DNA from: Gemmatimonadales bacterium
GTDB lineage: Bacteria; Gemmatimonadota; Gemmatimonadetes; Gemmatimonadales; GWC2-71-9
Length of the DNA: 63,912 bases
Direction of reading: 5' to 3'
Assembly: GCA_036566495.1 (NCBI GenBank)
Contig: DATCWE010000049.1
Location: forward strand, 1-63,912
A program made the translations under genes and the position numbers. Below are positions 43,671-52,759 of the stretch, in pieces (position 1 is the stretch's first letter; each line of letters opens with the position of its first letter). Below the pieces are notes generated by a model that was not told the DNA's origin, did not search any database, and saw only the letters and a list, made by a program, of their open reading frames with translations.

Positions 43671-46133
43671 TCAGAAATGAAATCCGGATTTCACGTAAAA
43701 GCGGAGCCGCTCTCCTCCGCTGGCCGCGGTCGCCGAGACCAGATGACCGGAGAACATGGTCCAGAGGCCACCGCCAAACGCGGTATGCCAGCGGCTGGAC
43801 GATTCTCCCTCCAGATAGACCCGCCCGATATCGGCAAGACCAAGGACGCCCCAGCGTTTGGGGCCTATCCCAAGCTTCCCCAGATTCAGCCGCAAGTCCG
43901 CATTGCCGTATACGGCCGCGTCACCCGTGAAGCGCCGTGTGGTGAACCCGCGGAAGGATTCCCACCCTCCGATGTCGGCCGCCTCGAAGAAGGGATACGT
44001 CCCGAACATCCGTTTGGCCCCTGCTCGCAGGGCGAGGGTCGGGGCGGACGGCAACGCCGCGGTGGTCAGATAAGTGGTTCCCACCAGCTCGACTGACCCA
44101 AATCCCGATTCCACATCCAGCGCCGCAGGAAACGCCCGGCCGGTGAGCGCGAGAGTCACCCCTCTGGTCGGGACCTTCTCCTCGTTGCGGGAGTCATATA
44201 CCAGGGCGCCGTTGACTGCCGCCTCCGCGAAGGAGCCGGCACCATAGGGGGGATCCACCGAAAGCAGAGTGAAGCGATCATCCGTATCCGACCAGCGCAA
44301 CAGTCCACCGACTTCGAACCGCAGCGGACCCGTGATTCCGAGCAGCACCGTCGGCTCCAGCGCATACTGCCGCTGGGTGACGTTATTGAAACCGGCGATC
44401 GTCGAGCGGACGGTCTCGTTACCCAGTCCGAAGTAACGGATCACGTCGGCGTTGAGTGCCGCGGCGTGCAGCAAGACCCGCCGGTCGGGTCGCTCGAAGC
44501 GGAAATCTCCCTGCAGGTCGGCGTTGATTTCTCCCGCACCGGTAGTGGTCGCCAACCGGAGCGCGATCCGGGACTGGTACGGCACCCTGCGGAAGCCGTA
44601 GCTGTAGAAAACCGGTCCGGCGCCCAGCACCACGCCGATTTCGGGGCGCACGCTGAACCAGGGCGCCAGGCCTATGCGGTGGCCCCAATCCCGGAACAGC
44701 TCGCGCGGGAGGTTGTCAGGTACCGGAGATTCGAAGGGCTTGTCGTAGACGCGCAGGTTGTCTTCCGCCGAGTCTGCCACCACGTCGTGGTTGCCCCCGG
44801 GAATCACGCGAACCAGAATCTCGCTCGTGTCGCCTCGCACCCGAACGGTATCGGCTCCCCCCAGGAGGTAGAGCCGGATCTCCTCGGTCTCGTCCGGCAG
44901 GAACCGGCGCTTGAAGATCGAGGTCCCCTGCTCCGCAAAAACCTCTACGGTTACCGCTCCGCCAGGGCCCCGGGTTACTTCGGCCCGCTCGGCATTATCC
45001 GAAGCGCGAACATCGACGTCCCGGGCCAGCGTGCGGTAGTACTCCAGCGCGAATTCGGGGAGCGCGTCCCGCCGACTTCGCAGGCTCGCGCCAAAGTCCG
45101 CCAGCACGCGCTGGTCGAATCCTGCGGGGAGCGCCGCGAGGGCGCTCGTGATGGTCGCGTCGGTCAAACGGTCGCGGAGCCGGGCCGCCGCGCTGTCCCA
45201 CGCGGCACGGTCCAGTCCGGTCAGGAGTCGCCGGTCGAGCGGCTCCGCCGAGCGGGTAAGGCTGCGGACTCGCCCGTAGCGAGGCCCAAACTCCGCCCAA
45301 TTCGGTTTGAAGTACCGGACCAGGTCATACCCGATTCCATCGAAGCGAGAAAACGCCCAGTCGCGGTCCCGGGCCAGCGGCCTCCACCAGCGAAATCCGC
45401 CTCGGTCGAACCTCACCCAGCTCCATTGTCCCGCGTGACGATCCCAGTCGCCCATGACGAAGTCCAACAGCCGAGCAGCGAGATACGCGGACTGGTCGAA
45501 GCGGTTCGCTGCGCTGGCCTGCAGGCGCGGGAAGAGCGAATCGGAAGAGATGATCTCGGCGGCGCCCGGAATACCTGGCTCGCGTTTGGTGTCCTCAACG
45601 AAGCGGGCTTCGAATATCCCCAGCAGGCCCTTGAACTCTTCGCGCCACTTGCCCAGCCGTGGAGAATCCGGGAGCACCGCGATCCAGCGGTCCGCGGTCA
45701 GCAATCCCGCCGCGTGTTCCAGCTCTTGGGCCGCGAGCGCCGCTGCCGGGAACATGGCACTGATCTGTTCGTTCGCGAACCAGCCCATGAGGGGGTTGTT
45801 GGACAGCCCGGAGAAGGCCTGGGTCGGGCGCTTATCTACCGAGCGGAAATTGTAGGTTCGGCCGTCGGTCGAGCAGAAACGGAGGGAAAGCGTCTGGGCG
45901 TGTCCGCCTTTGTCGAACGCGGTCAGTCCGCCGGCGATGGTATCGAGATTGGCAACAGGTACGCGGATCGGCTCCAGCCAAAGATCGCGCCAGGCTGATC
46001 CCAGCAAGAACCGATGCAGCCAGCCGCCTCCATATTTCTTCCCTGGAGTGACACTGACCGCCTCGTCCGGCACAATCATCGCCGCCGGCTGCGCGGCCTG
46101 CAGCGCGGCCAGCAACAGGAGACCCGTGAGCAT
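43671..46133 (-). CDS. outer-membrane protein: unknown N-terminal domain + Omp85/surface-antigen-like beta-barrel
   Basis: 820 aa with a signal peptide. The C-terminal roughly 300 aa has alternating beta-strand patterns and ends in the OMP signature KSGFHF. The N-terminal roughly 480 aa is unassigned. Confidence 0.6.
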   Translation of the reverse strand: MLTGLLLLAALQAAQPAAMIVPDEAVSVTPGKKYGGGWLHRFLLGSAWRDLWLEPIRVPVANLDTIAGGLTAFDKGGHAQTLSLRFCSTDGRTYNFRSVDKRPTQAFSGLSNNPLMGWFANEQISAMFPAAALAAQELEHAAGLLTADRWIAVLPDSPRLGKWREEFKGLLGIFEARFVEDTKREPGIPGAAEIISSDSLFPRLQASAANRFDQSAYLAARLLDFVMGDWDRHAGQWSWVRFDRGGFRWWRPLARDRDWAFSRFDGIGYDLVRYFKPNWAEFGPRYGRVRSLTRSAEPLDRRLLTGLDRAAWDSAAARLRDRLTDATITSALAALPAGFDQRVLADFGASLRSRRDALPEFALEYYRTLARDVDVRASDNAERAEVTRGPGGAVTVEVFAEQGTSIFKRRFLPDETEEIRLYLLGGADTVRVRGDTSEILVRVIPGGNHDVVADSAEDNLRVYDKPFESPVPDNLPRELFRDWGHRIGLAPWFSVRPEIGVVLGAGPVFYSYGFRRVPYQSRIALRLATTTGAGEINADLQGDFRFERPDRRVLLHAAALNADVIRYFGLGNETVRSTIAGFNNVTQRQYALEPTVLLGITGPLRFEVGGLLRWSDTDDRFTLLSVDPPYGAGSFAEAAVNGALVYDSRNEEKVPTRGVTLALTGRAFPAALDVESGFGSVELVGTTYLTTAALPSAPTLALRAGAKRMFGTYPFFEAADIGGWESFRGFTTRRFTGDAAVYGNADLRLNLGKLGIGPKRWGVLGLADIGRVYLEGESSSRWHTAFGGGLWTMFSGHLVSATAASGGERLRFYVKSGFHF

Positions 46134-46145
46134 GCCCTAGGGACG

Positions 46146-46163
46146 GCTCAGGGGGGCCTGAGC
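46146..46163. repeat. intercistronic inverted repeat (hairpin) between SBP56-like gene and OMP gene
   Basis: GCTCAGG (46146-46152), GGGG, then CCTGAGC (46157-46163): a 7-bp stem with a 4-nt loop. Confidence 0.4.
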
Positions 46164-46210
46164 GGCACTTCCTTCAGAGTTCCGTGAACGAAACCGAACC
46201 AGCCGGGGTG

Positions 46211-47428
46211 TCAGGGGACGAAGAGCGCCGCGTGCGGCATGGCCATCCCGCTGAGGCCATTGGGCCAGCGCGCCCGGTCGAAGCTGACGCCGGGCCGGGA
46301 GGATTCGTCCCGGAAGCGGGCGTCCCAGGAGAGTTGCCCGCTCGCGCGATCCAGCCGTGCCATCAGCAGGCGGGGCGGGCCATCTCCCTGCTCGGTCACG
46401 ATCAACCGGTCACTCCCCGGATCGGACGAAAGCCAATGGGGGAAGAAGGTCGAATCGGTGGGAAGCTGGGAGACTTCTTTCGGATGCGCCGGATCACTGA
46501 GATCCAGGGTAACGAGCAGGTGGGAATAGGCGATCGGCATCACCCAGAAATCTCCCGCCAGGACAGGGACCGAACAGCCGATCCGCCGAGGCTCTCGCAT
46601 GGAGAGCACGAGCTCGATCCGGGGCTCGGCCTGGTCCAGGTCGGTGATGCGGTAGAAGCCGCAGTTGTACGTATTCAGGAATACCGTGCGACCATCGGAG
46701 AGCGTGCGGACTTCGAAGGGATAGTGCTCCACCGAGTCGCCCGGAATGCCGGGTACGAGCACGGTCCTGAGCAGGCTCAGATCAGAGAGTCGCCAGACCT
46801 GGACGACGTGGGCGGTCTGCTCGGAATCCATCGGGGAGCTGGTGGTGAGTGCGCGATCGATCGCGGGCAGGACGGTAATCCCGTACGTCCTGATACGGGC
46901 ACCGGGGAAGCTGGAATCTCGGGACGATGCGGTTCGCAGGAGCCGGCCTTCGGCGGTGAACTCCGCCAGGCCGCCGGGACTCCCGGGGACGCTCGGATCG
47001 CCGAACTGCAGGGTCGCCAGCACCAGGGTGTCGGCAAGCCGGGCGAAACTGTGCGGCTGGCGATAGCCGGGGACGCTGTCGATCGTGTTGACCAGCCGGG
47101 GTGACGCCGGCTCCCGCGGGTCGATCAGAAAGCTCCTGCCGGTGGTGAAATCGTTGGCGAAGAAGGGCAGGCCCCGCGGCAGCACGAACTCCGAATGATG
47201 CGGCATCAAGCCGCCTTCGGCCATCGTCGTGGCACCGACTACGTGGCCATACGACGCGCTCGCCGAATCGGCGTCGAGGATGGCGATGAAATCGGTACCG
47301 GGATGGTCGGGAGGATGCCCGGTCCCGGCCCAGACATAGAGAAAGCGCGCGGGGTGCGGGGTGGAGGAGGCGCATCCGACGAGCAGGGCCAGGACCGACA
47401 GCAGACGAGCCGCTCGTCGAATGCGCAC
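46211..47428 (-). CDS. beta-propeller lipoprotein, selenium-binding protein (SBP56) / methanethiol-oxidase-like
   Basis: Lipobox LLVGCAS. FLYVWAGTG...DFIAILDADSASASYGHVV...MPHHSEF and C-terminal MPHAALF resemble SBP56-family segments (by eye). GTG start with GGAG 5 nt upstream, directly after the prx stop. Confidence 0.45.
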   Translation of the reverse strand: MRIRRAARLLSVLALLVGCASSTPHPARFLYVWAGTGHPPDHPGTDFIAILDADSASASYGHVVGATTMAEGGLMPHHSEFVLPRGLPFFANDFTTGRSFLIDPREPASPRLVNTIDSVPGYRQPHSFARLADTLVLATLQFGDPSVPGSPGGLAEFTAEGRLLRTASSRDSSFPGARIRTYGITVLPAIDRALTTSSPMDSEQTAHVVQVWRLSDLSLLRTVLVPGIPGDSVEHYPFEVRTLSDGRTVFLNTYNCGFYRITDLDQAEPRIELVLSMREPRRIGCSVPVLAGDFWVMPIAYSHLLVTLDLSDPAHPKEVSQLPTDSTFFPHWLSSDPGSDRLIVTEQGDGPPRLLMARLDRASGQLSWDARFRDESSRPGVSFDRARWPNGLSGMAMPHAALFVP

Positions 47429-47437
47429 GGATACTCC

Positions 47438-48073
47438 TCAGCGGTTGGGTTGCGGCGTCACTCGCAAATAGGGTTTCTTGGCGACGAATCCCTTGGGGAA
47501 TTTCTGTTTCGCGTCCTCGTCGGACACCGCAGGGACGATGATCACGTCCTCGCCGTGCTTCCAATCGACCGGCGTGGCCACCGAGTAACCCGCGGTGAGC
47601 TGCAGCGAGTCGAGCACCCGCAACAACTCGTCGAAGTTGCGCCCGGTACTGGCGGGATAGGTGAGCGTGAGCTTGACCTTGTTGTCCGGCCCGATGATGA
47701 ATACCGAGCGGACCGTGAAGTTCTCGCTGGCGTTGGGATGGATCATGTCGTAGAGCATCGCCACTTTGCGGTCGGGATCGCCGATCATCGGGAAATTGAC
47801 CGCGTGCCCGGTCACGTCCTTGATGTCGCTCTCCCATTTGCGATGGGAATCGACGGGGTCAACACTCAGGCCGATGATCTTTGCATTGCGCTTCTCGAAC
47901 TCCCCTTTGAGCTGCGCGGCCCGGCCCAGCTCGGTGGTGCACACGGGGGTAAAGTCCTTGGGGTGGCTGAACAGCACCGCCCACGACTTGCCTTTCCAGG
48001 CGTGAAAGCTCACCTCCCCCATGGTCGTATCGGCAGTGAAGTCCGGCGCCTCGTCGCCGAGTCGAATTGCCAT
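47438..48073 (-). CDS. 1-Cys peroxiredoxin (Prx6-type)
   Basis: WAVLFSHPKDFTPVCTTELG and the C-terminal Prx6-type extension (ATPVDWKHGEDVII). Confidence 0.92.
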   Translation of the reverse strand: MAIRLGDEAPDFTADTTMGEVSFHAWKGKSWAVLFSHPKDFTPVCTTELGRAAQLKGEFEKRNAKIIGLSVDPVDSHRKWESDIKDVTGHAVNFPMIGDPDRKVAMLYDMIHPNASENFTVRSVFIIGPDNKVKLTLTYPASTGRNFDELLRVLDSLQLTAGYSVATPVDWKHGEDVIIVPAVSDEDAKQKFPKGFVAKKPYLRVTPQPNR

Positions 48074-48194
48074 CGTTGGAGTCCTCCTCGTAAAGGCTGA
48101 CTTGTTGGGTTGGCTTGCTGAAGGGCGAGATAATACTCCGGCGTCGACCTAGTTGCTATAGAGGGGCGGGGTCCCGACCCCTTAGTTTTGAGCC

Positions 48195-50063
48195 ATGCGT
48201 GACTACGATGTCCTGGTGATCGGCGGAGGCCACGCCGGCGCGGAAGCGTCGGCGTTGGCTGCGCGATCCGGAGCGCGCACTCTCCTGCTCACGCAGAACC
48301 TCGAGACCATCGGGCAGATGTCGTGCAACCCGGCAATCGGTGGCATCGCCAAGGGGACGGTGGTGCGCGAAGTCGATGCTCTGGGCGGAATTATGGGCCG
48401 AGCGGCAGACCTTTCCCGGATTCAGTTCCGTATGCTCAATCGGTCCAAGGGTCCGGCTGTGTGGTCGCCGAGGGCACAGTGTGATCGCGGGTTGTACCGC
48501 CGCGCCGTGCGTTGGTTGCTCGAGCGCCAGCCCGGGCTGGGGTTCGCGCAGGGCACGGTCGCGCGGTTCCTGATGGAGGGAACCCGGGTGCGGGGGGTAG
48601 AGACCAGCGATGGCCGCCGCTACTCCGCCCGTGCGGTGGTGCTAACCGCAGGCACCTTCCTTCGCGGTGAGATACGTCTGGGCCTGGAGACCAGGATTCC
48701 TGCCGGCAGGGCAGGTGAGGCGCCTGCGGTTGAGATATCCCAAGCTATTGCTGCACTTGGTATTACGATAGAACGCTTCAAGACAGGCACGCCTCCCAGA
48801 GTGGACGGTCGCACGGTGAACCTGGAGGGGCTGCAGCGTCAGGATGGGGAGGTAGAGCCCTATTGGTTCTCCTTCTATGAGCGAGCGAAGCATCCAGCTC
48901 AACTTCCCTGTTACCTGACGCACACCACGGAACGGCTGCGGGACATCGTCGCGGCGCACCTGAAAGAATCCGCGATGTACGGGGGGGCGATCAGCGGGCG
49001 GGGACCGCGCTACTGTCCATCGATCGAGGACAAGATCGTCCGCTTCCCCCACGCGGTGCGGCACCAAGTCTTCCTCGAGCCAGAGGGGCTGGAGACCTCG
49101 GAGCTGTACGTGAACGGACTTTCGACCTCGTTGCCGCCTGCGGTCCAACTCGCCTACCTGAGATCAGTCCCAGGCCTGGAGCAGGTCGAGATGACGCGTC
49201 CCGGGTATGCTATCGAATATGACTATTTCCCTCCAACCCAGCTTGAGCACAGCCTCCAAGTCCGTGGGGTACAAGGACTTTACTTCGCAGGTCAAGTCAA
49301 TGGTACGACGGGCTATGAAGAGGCGGCTGGGCAGGGGGCAGTTGCCGGGCTGAACGCCGCCGCCTGGGCCCTCGAGCGGTCGCCGGTCTATTTCCGGCGC
49401 GACGAGGCCTTTCTGGGGGTCTTGGTCGACGACCTGGTTACGCGCGGGGTGGATGAGCCCTACCGACTCTTCACCTCGCGTGCGGAGTTTCGCCTGTTGC
49501 TTCGCCAAGACAACGCGCTGCGCCGCCTGCTGCCCACCGCCGAGGACCTCGGGCTGCTGAACAACGAAGAACAGCGAACCGCCAGCCGGCGGCTCGAGGC
49601 GGAAGTCCGGGTCATGGATTTGGCAAGGGCCACGGCTATCTCTCCCCGGCAAGCCAATCCGGTTCTCCTCAAGGCTGGCGTAACGGAGATCAACGAACCG
49701 ACTCGTTTGGCGGACCTGGCCAAGCGTCCAGAGGCCCCGCTAGCGGAACTTATCAGGGCAGCCGGCCACGCAGCGCTGGCGGAAGAGGCCGAATGGGCCT
49801 CGCTGGAATTGCGCTACCAAGGGTACATCCAGCGAGAGCGGCTGGCCGCTGAGCGATTGGGTGAGCTTGAGAGTTTCCTGATTCCGGAAGATCTGGAGTT
49901 CTCTGGAGTGGCGACGCTTTCCTCCGAGGCCCGCGAGAAACTGGCTCGGCAGCGCCCCCGGAGCCTCGGCGCCGCTGGGCGGATCCCCGGTGTCTCCCCG
50001 AGCGATCTTCAGAATCTGGTCGTGGAGGTGCTCAAGCGCCGCAGCCGTGCCGAAATATCGTGA
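48195..50063 (+). CDS. mnmG: tRNA uridine 5-carboxymethylaminomethyl modification enzyme MnmG (GidA)
   Basis: YDVLVIGGGHAGAEA FAD motif, MSCNPAIGGIAKG, GPRYCPSIEDK. 622 aa. Confidence 0.97.
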   Translation: MRDYDVLVIGGGHAGAEASALAARSGARTLLLTQNLETIGQMSCNPAIGGIAKGTVVREVDALGGIMGRAADLSRIQFRMLNRSKGPAVWSPRAQCDRGLYRRAVRWLLERQPGLGFAQGTVARFLMEGTRVRGVETSDGRRYSARAVVLTAGTFLRGEIRLGLETRIPAGRAGEAPAVEISQAIAALGITIERFKTGTPPRVDGRTVNLEGLQRQDGEVEPYWFSFYERAKHPAQLPCYLTHTTERLRDIVAAHLKESAMYGGAISGRGPRYCPSIEDKIVRFPHAVRHQVFLEPEGLETSELYVNGLSTSLPPAVQLAYLRSVPGLEQVEMTRPGYAIEYDYFPPTQLEHSLQVRGVQGLYFAGQVNGTTGYEEAAGQGAVAGLNAAAWALERSPVYFRRDEAFLGVLVDDLVTRGVDEPYRLFTSRAEFRLLLRQDNALRRLLPTAEDLGLLNNEEQRTASRRLEAEVRVMDLARATAISPRQANPVLLKAGVTEINEPTRLADLAKRPEAPLAELIRAAGHAALAEEAEWASLELRYQGYIQRERLAAERLGELESFLIPEDLEFSGVATLSSEAREKLARQRPRSLGAAGRIPGVSPSDLQNLVVEVLKRRSRAEIS

Positions 50064-50064
50064 C

Positions 50065-50080
50065 GGTTTCACGTGAAACC
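50065..50080. other. parS centromere-like site 1 (GGTTTCACGTGAAACC)
   Basis: Perfect 16-bp palindrome, 14/16 match to the consensus TGTTTCACGTGAAACA. Starts 2 nt after the mnmG stop. Confidence 0.85.
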
Positions 50081-50105
50081 GAAGGCCTCCTGCGTTTTTT
50101 CGAAT

Positions 50106-50121
50106 AGTTTCACGTGAAAAC
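50106..50121. other. parS centromere-like site 2 (AGTTTCACGTGAAAAC)
   Basis: 13/16 match to the parS consensus, with the 12-bp core TTTCACGTGAAA intact. Centre is 41 bp from site 1. Confidence 0.75.
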
Positions 50122-50192
50122 CCACTGACATATTTCGTCTTGTAGTCTATATTTAAGTGTGACTGCGGGTTGTGCTCACACGCAGTCTTCTC

Positions 50193-50208
50193 TTGTAACT
50201 CATTACAA
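50193..50208. promoter_or_regulatory. palindrome TTGTAA-CTCA-TTACAA upstream of parA
   Basis: 6-4-6 inverted repeat ending 28 nt before the parA ATG, within an AT-rich leader. Confidence 0.3.
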
Positions 50209-50235
50209 AGCAACAGCTTACGTGAATACAACCTG

Positions 50236-51072
50236 ATGGCCCGCACCATCGCGATTGCCAATCAGAAAGGCGGCGTCGGCAAGACGACGACTGCGGTGAA
50301 CCTGGCCGCTTCGCTCGCCACGGCCGAGCGGCGCACCCTGCTCGTGGATGCCGATCCGCAGGGCAATGCCACGAGCGGCGTGGGGGTCCCCAAGGATCCC
50401 GCGCGGGCCTCGCTGTATGATCTCCTGGTCGACCGCCAGCCGGCGGACACCGTGGTGCAGCAAGACGCCGAACTACCCTTTCTCTCCATTCTTCCCGCGA
50501 CGCAGGACCTGGTGGGCGCGGAGCTCGAGCTGGTCAACGTCGCCAATCGCGAGGCCCGTCTCCGCGAAGCGCTGCGCCCGCTGCTCCCGGCGTTCGATTA
50601 CATCATCATCGATTGCCCGCCCTCCCTCGGATTGATCACCCTGAACGTGCTGAGCGCCGCGCACGGTGTCATCATCCCCATTCAATGCGAATACTACGCC
50701 CTGGAGGGGATCTCCCAGCTGCTTAACACGATTCGGCTGGTGCAGCAGAACTTCAATCCCGAGCTGGCGCTCGACGGCGTGTTGCTGACGATGTACGACT
50801 CGCGGCTCAACCTCTGCCGCCAGGTAGCCAAAGACGCCAAGGAATACTTCGGTCCGAAGATGTTCCGCACGGTGATCCCGCGGAACGTCCGCCTGGCCGA
50901 AGCGCCGAGCTTCGGCAAGCCGATTCTGATGTACGACGTGCAGTCGGTGGGGGCCAAGAGCTATCTCGGCGTGGCGCAGGAGCTGTTGCGCCGCACGGAA
51001 TCCGGCGAAGTCGGCGGAGAAATCGAGCTGCCCCACGGAGCCACTCGCAACTCAGGGGAGGTGCGTACGTGA
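50236..51072 (+). CDS. parA: chromosome partitioning ATPase ParA (Soj)
   Basis: IAIANQKGGVGKTTTAVNLA deviant Walker A, and IIDCPPSLG. Confidence 0.95.
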   Translation: MARTIAIANQKGGVGKTTTAVNLAASLATAERRTLLVDADPQGNATSGVGVPKDPARASLYDLLVDRQPADTVVQQDAELPFLSILPATQDLVGAELELVNVANREARLREALRPLLPAFDYIIIDCPPSLGLITLNVLSAAHGVIIPIQCEYYALEGISQLLNTIRLVQQNFNPELALDGVLLTMYDSRLNLCRQVAKDAKEYFGPKMFRTVIPRNVRLAEAPSFGKPILMYDVQSVGAKSYLGVAQELLRRTESGEVGGEIELPHGATRNSGEVRT

Positions 51073-51968
51073 CCGAGACCAGGCGGTTGGGCCGAGGACT
51101 CGAAGCACTGCTCGGGCCGCTGACCCGTGAAGAAGTCCAGGCGAGTGGGGGGCTCAAGGAGCTTGCGATTACGGCGATTGGCCCCAACCCCTATCAACCG
51201 CGCCGCGAGTTCGACGAGGGACAGCTCAAGGAACTCGCCGATTCCATCGAGGCATCCGGCCTGCTGCAACCCGTCGTGGTGCGCTCGCGGCCCAATGGGC
51301 ATTATGAGCTGATTGCCGGAGAGCGCCGGTGGCGCGCCGTCCAGCGACTGGGCTGGCAAAAGATTCCCGCGGTCATCAAGGAGGTGGACGATCGCTCCCT
51401 CTTGACCCTCGCGCTGATCGAGAATCTCCAGCGCGATGATCTCTCGGCGATCGATGCGGCCCACGGGTACCAGCAGCTGATGCAGGAGTTCACGGTGCCG
51501 CAGCAGGAGGTCGCGCGGCTGGTTGGCAAAGACCGCTCCACCGTGAGTAACACGCTGCGGCTGCTCCGTCTGCCCGAGGAAGTGCAAGGCATGGTGTCCA
51601 AGCGCTCGCTCTCCGAAGGCCACGCGCGCGCGCTGCTGGCGCTGTCCGATCCCAAGGAGATTCTGCGACTGGCCCGCGAGTGTGCGGCGGCGGACTGGTC
51701 GGTGCGGGACCTCGAGGCCCGGGTGCGGGGCGAGCAGCTGCAGGGCGCCCCGCCGGCGCGGAACAGAATCCGACGGCCCCGGCCGGAGGTACGCAACCCC
51801 AGCGCCGACATTCGTCGCGTGGAAGACGTGCTGCGCAAGCGATTGCAGACCGATGTGCGTATCACCGCCCGCCGCCGCGGCCGGGGGGCCGTGACTATTC
51901 ACTACTACTCGAATGACGACCTGGCTCGGCTGCTCGAAGTGATCCTGGGTGAGCCCTTCGGCGGATGA
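51069..51968 (+). CDS. parB: chromosome partitioning protein ParB (Spo0J)
   Basis: GTGA overlap with parA. RLGRGLEALLG, GERRWRA, and HTH QQEVARLVGKDRSTVSNTLRLL. Confidence 0.95.
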   Translation: MTETRRLGRGLEALLGPLTREEVQASGGLKELAITAIGPNPYQPRREFDEGQLKELADSIEASGLLQPVVVRSRPNGHYELIAGERRWRAVQRLGWQKIPAVIKEVDDRSLLTLALIENLQRDDLSAIDAAHGYQQLMQEFTVPQQEVARLVGKDRSTVSNTLRLLRLPEEVQGMVSKRSLSEGHARALLALSDPKEILRLARECAAADWSVRDLEARVRGEQLQGAPPARNRIRRPRPEVRNPSADIRRVEDVLRKRLQTDVRITARRRGRGAVTIHYYSNDDLARLLEVILGEPFGG

Positions 51969-52759
51969 GCGCGGGAAAGCGCGGCGTCTCTGTCATCGTC
52001 CAGCGGGATGGGGCACTGCAATCGCGCAGCTATCGCATTCCGGTCTGGGTGCTGCGGCTGGCCCTGGTGGGGGGGGTCTCCCTGGCCGTCGCGACCGTCC
52101 TGGGCGTGGCGTTTTACGGGCCGGTCGCGCGGCAAGCGGCACGGGTGCCCTCACTGACCCGCGAAGTGGAACGGCTGCGGACCGACAACCAGCGGATCCG
52201 GGAGCTGGCCGCGGCGCTCGATAGCGTGGAGTCCAACTACGAACGGCTGCGCCGCATGGTGGGGGCCGACATCGTCCCCGACCGGGTCGCGCTCGGCAGC
52301 GCCCTCCCCGTGGCCCCTCCTATCTATGCCGCGACGCCCGGGGCCTCCCCCCAGTACGAAGCCGATCCGTCCCTCCCCAGCCACTGGCCGCTGGACGAGC
52401 GGGGATACGTCACCCGGGGCCAGGCTGCGGCAAACGGGGCGGAGGAAGAGCACCCCGGCATCGACATTGCGGTGCCGGTCGGGAGCATGGTGCGTGCGTC
52501 CGGAGGAGGCGTGGTGTTACAGACCGGGTCACACGAGGAGTACGGCTATTTCGTGCTGCTCGAGCACCCGGAAGGGTATCAGTCCATGTATGGACACCTG
52601 TCGCGCATTCTGGCGGTGCAAGGGATGCGCGCCCGCGCGGGTGAAGTGATCGCCCTGAGCGGGAACACCGGCCGGTCTTCGGCCCCGCATCTCCATTTCG
52701 AGATCCGGCTCAACGGCGTCTCGATCGATCCCGGCACGATGGTGAAGGAGGAGCACTGA
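51965..52759 (+). CDS. M23 family metallopeptidase (membrane-anchored, coiled-coil linker)
   Basis: ATGA overlap with parB. HPGIDIAVPVGSMV, GNTGRSSAPHLHFEI. Confidence 0.88.
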   Translation: MSAGKRGVSVIVQRDGALQSRSYRIPVWVLRLALVGGVSLAVATVLGVAFYGPVARQAARVPSLTREVERLRTDNQRIRELAAALDSVESNYERLRRMVGADIVPDRVALGSALPVAPPIYAATPGASPQYEADPSLPSHWPLDERGYVTRGQAAANGAEEEHPGIDIAVPVGSMVRASGGGVVLQTGSHEEYGYFVLLEHPEGYQSMYGHLSRILAVQGMRARAGEVIALSGNTGRSSAPHLHFEIRLNGVSIDPGTMVKEEH

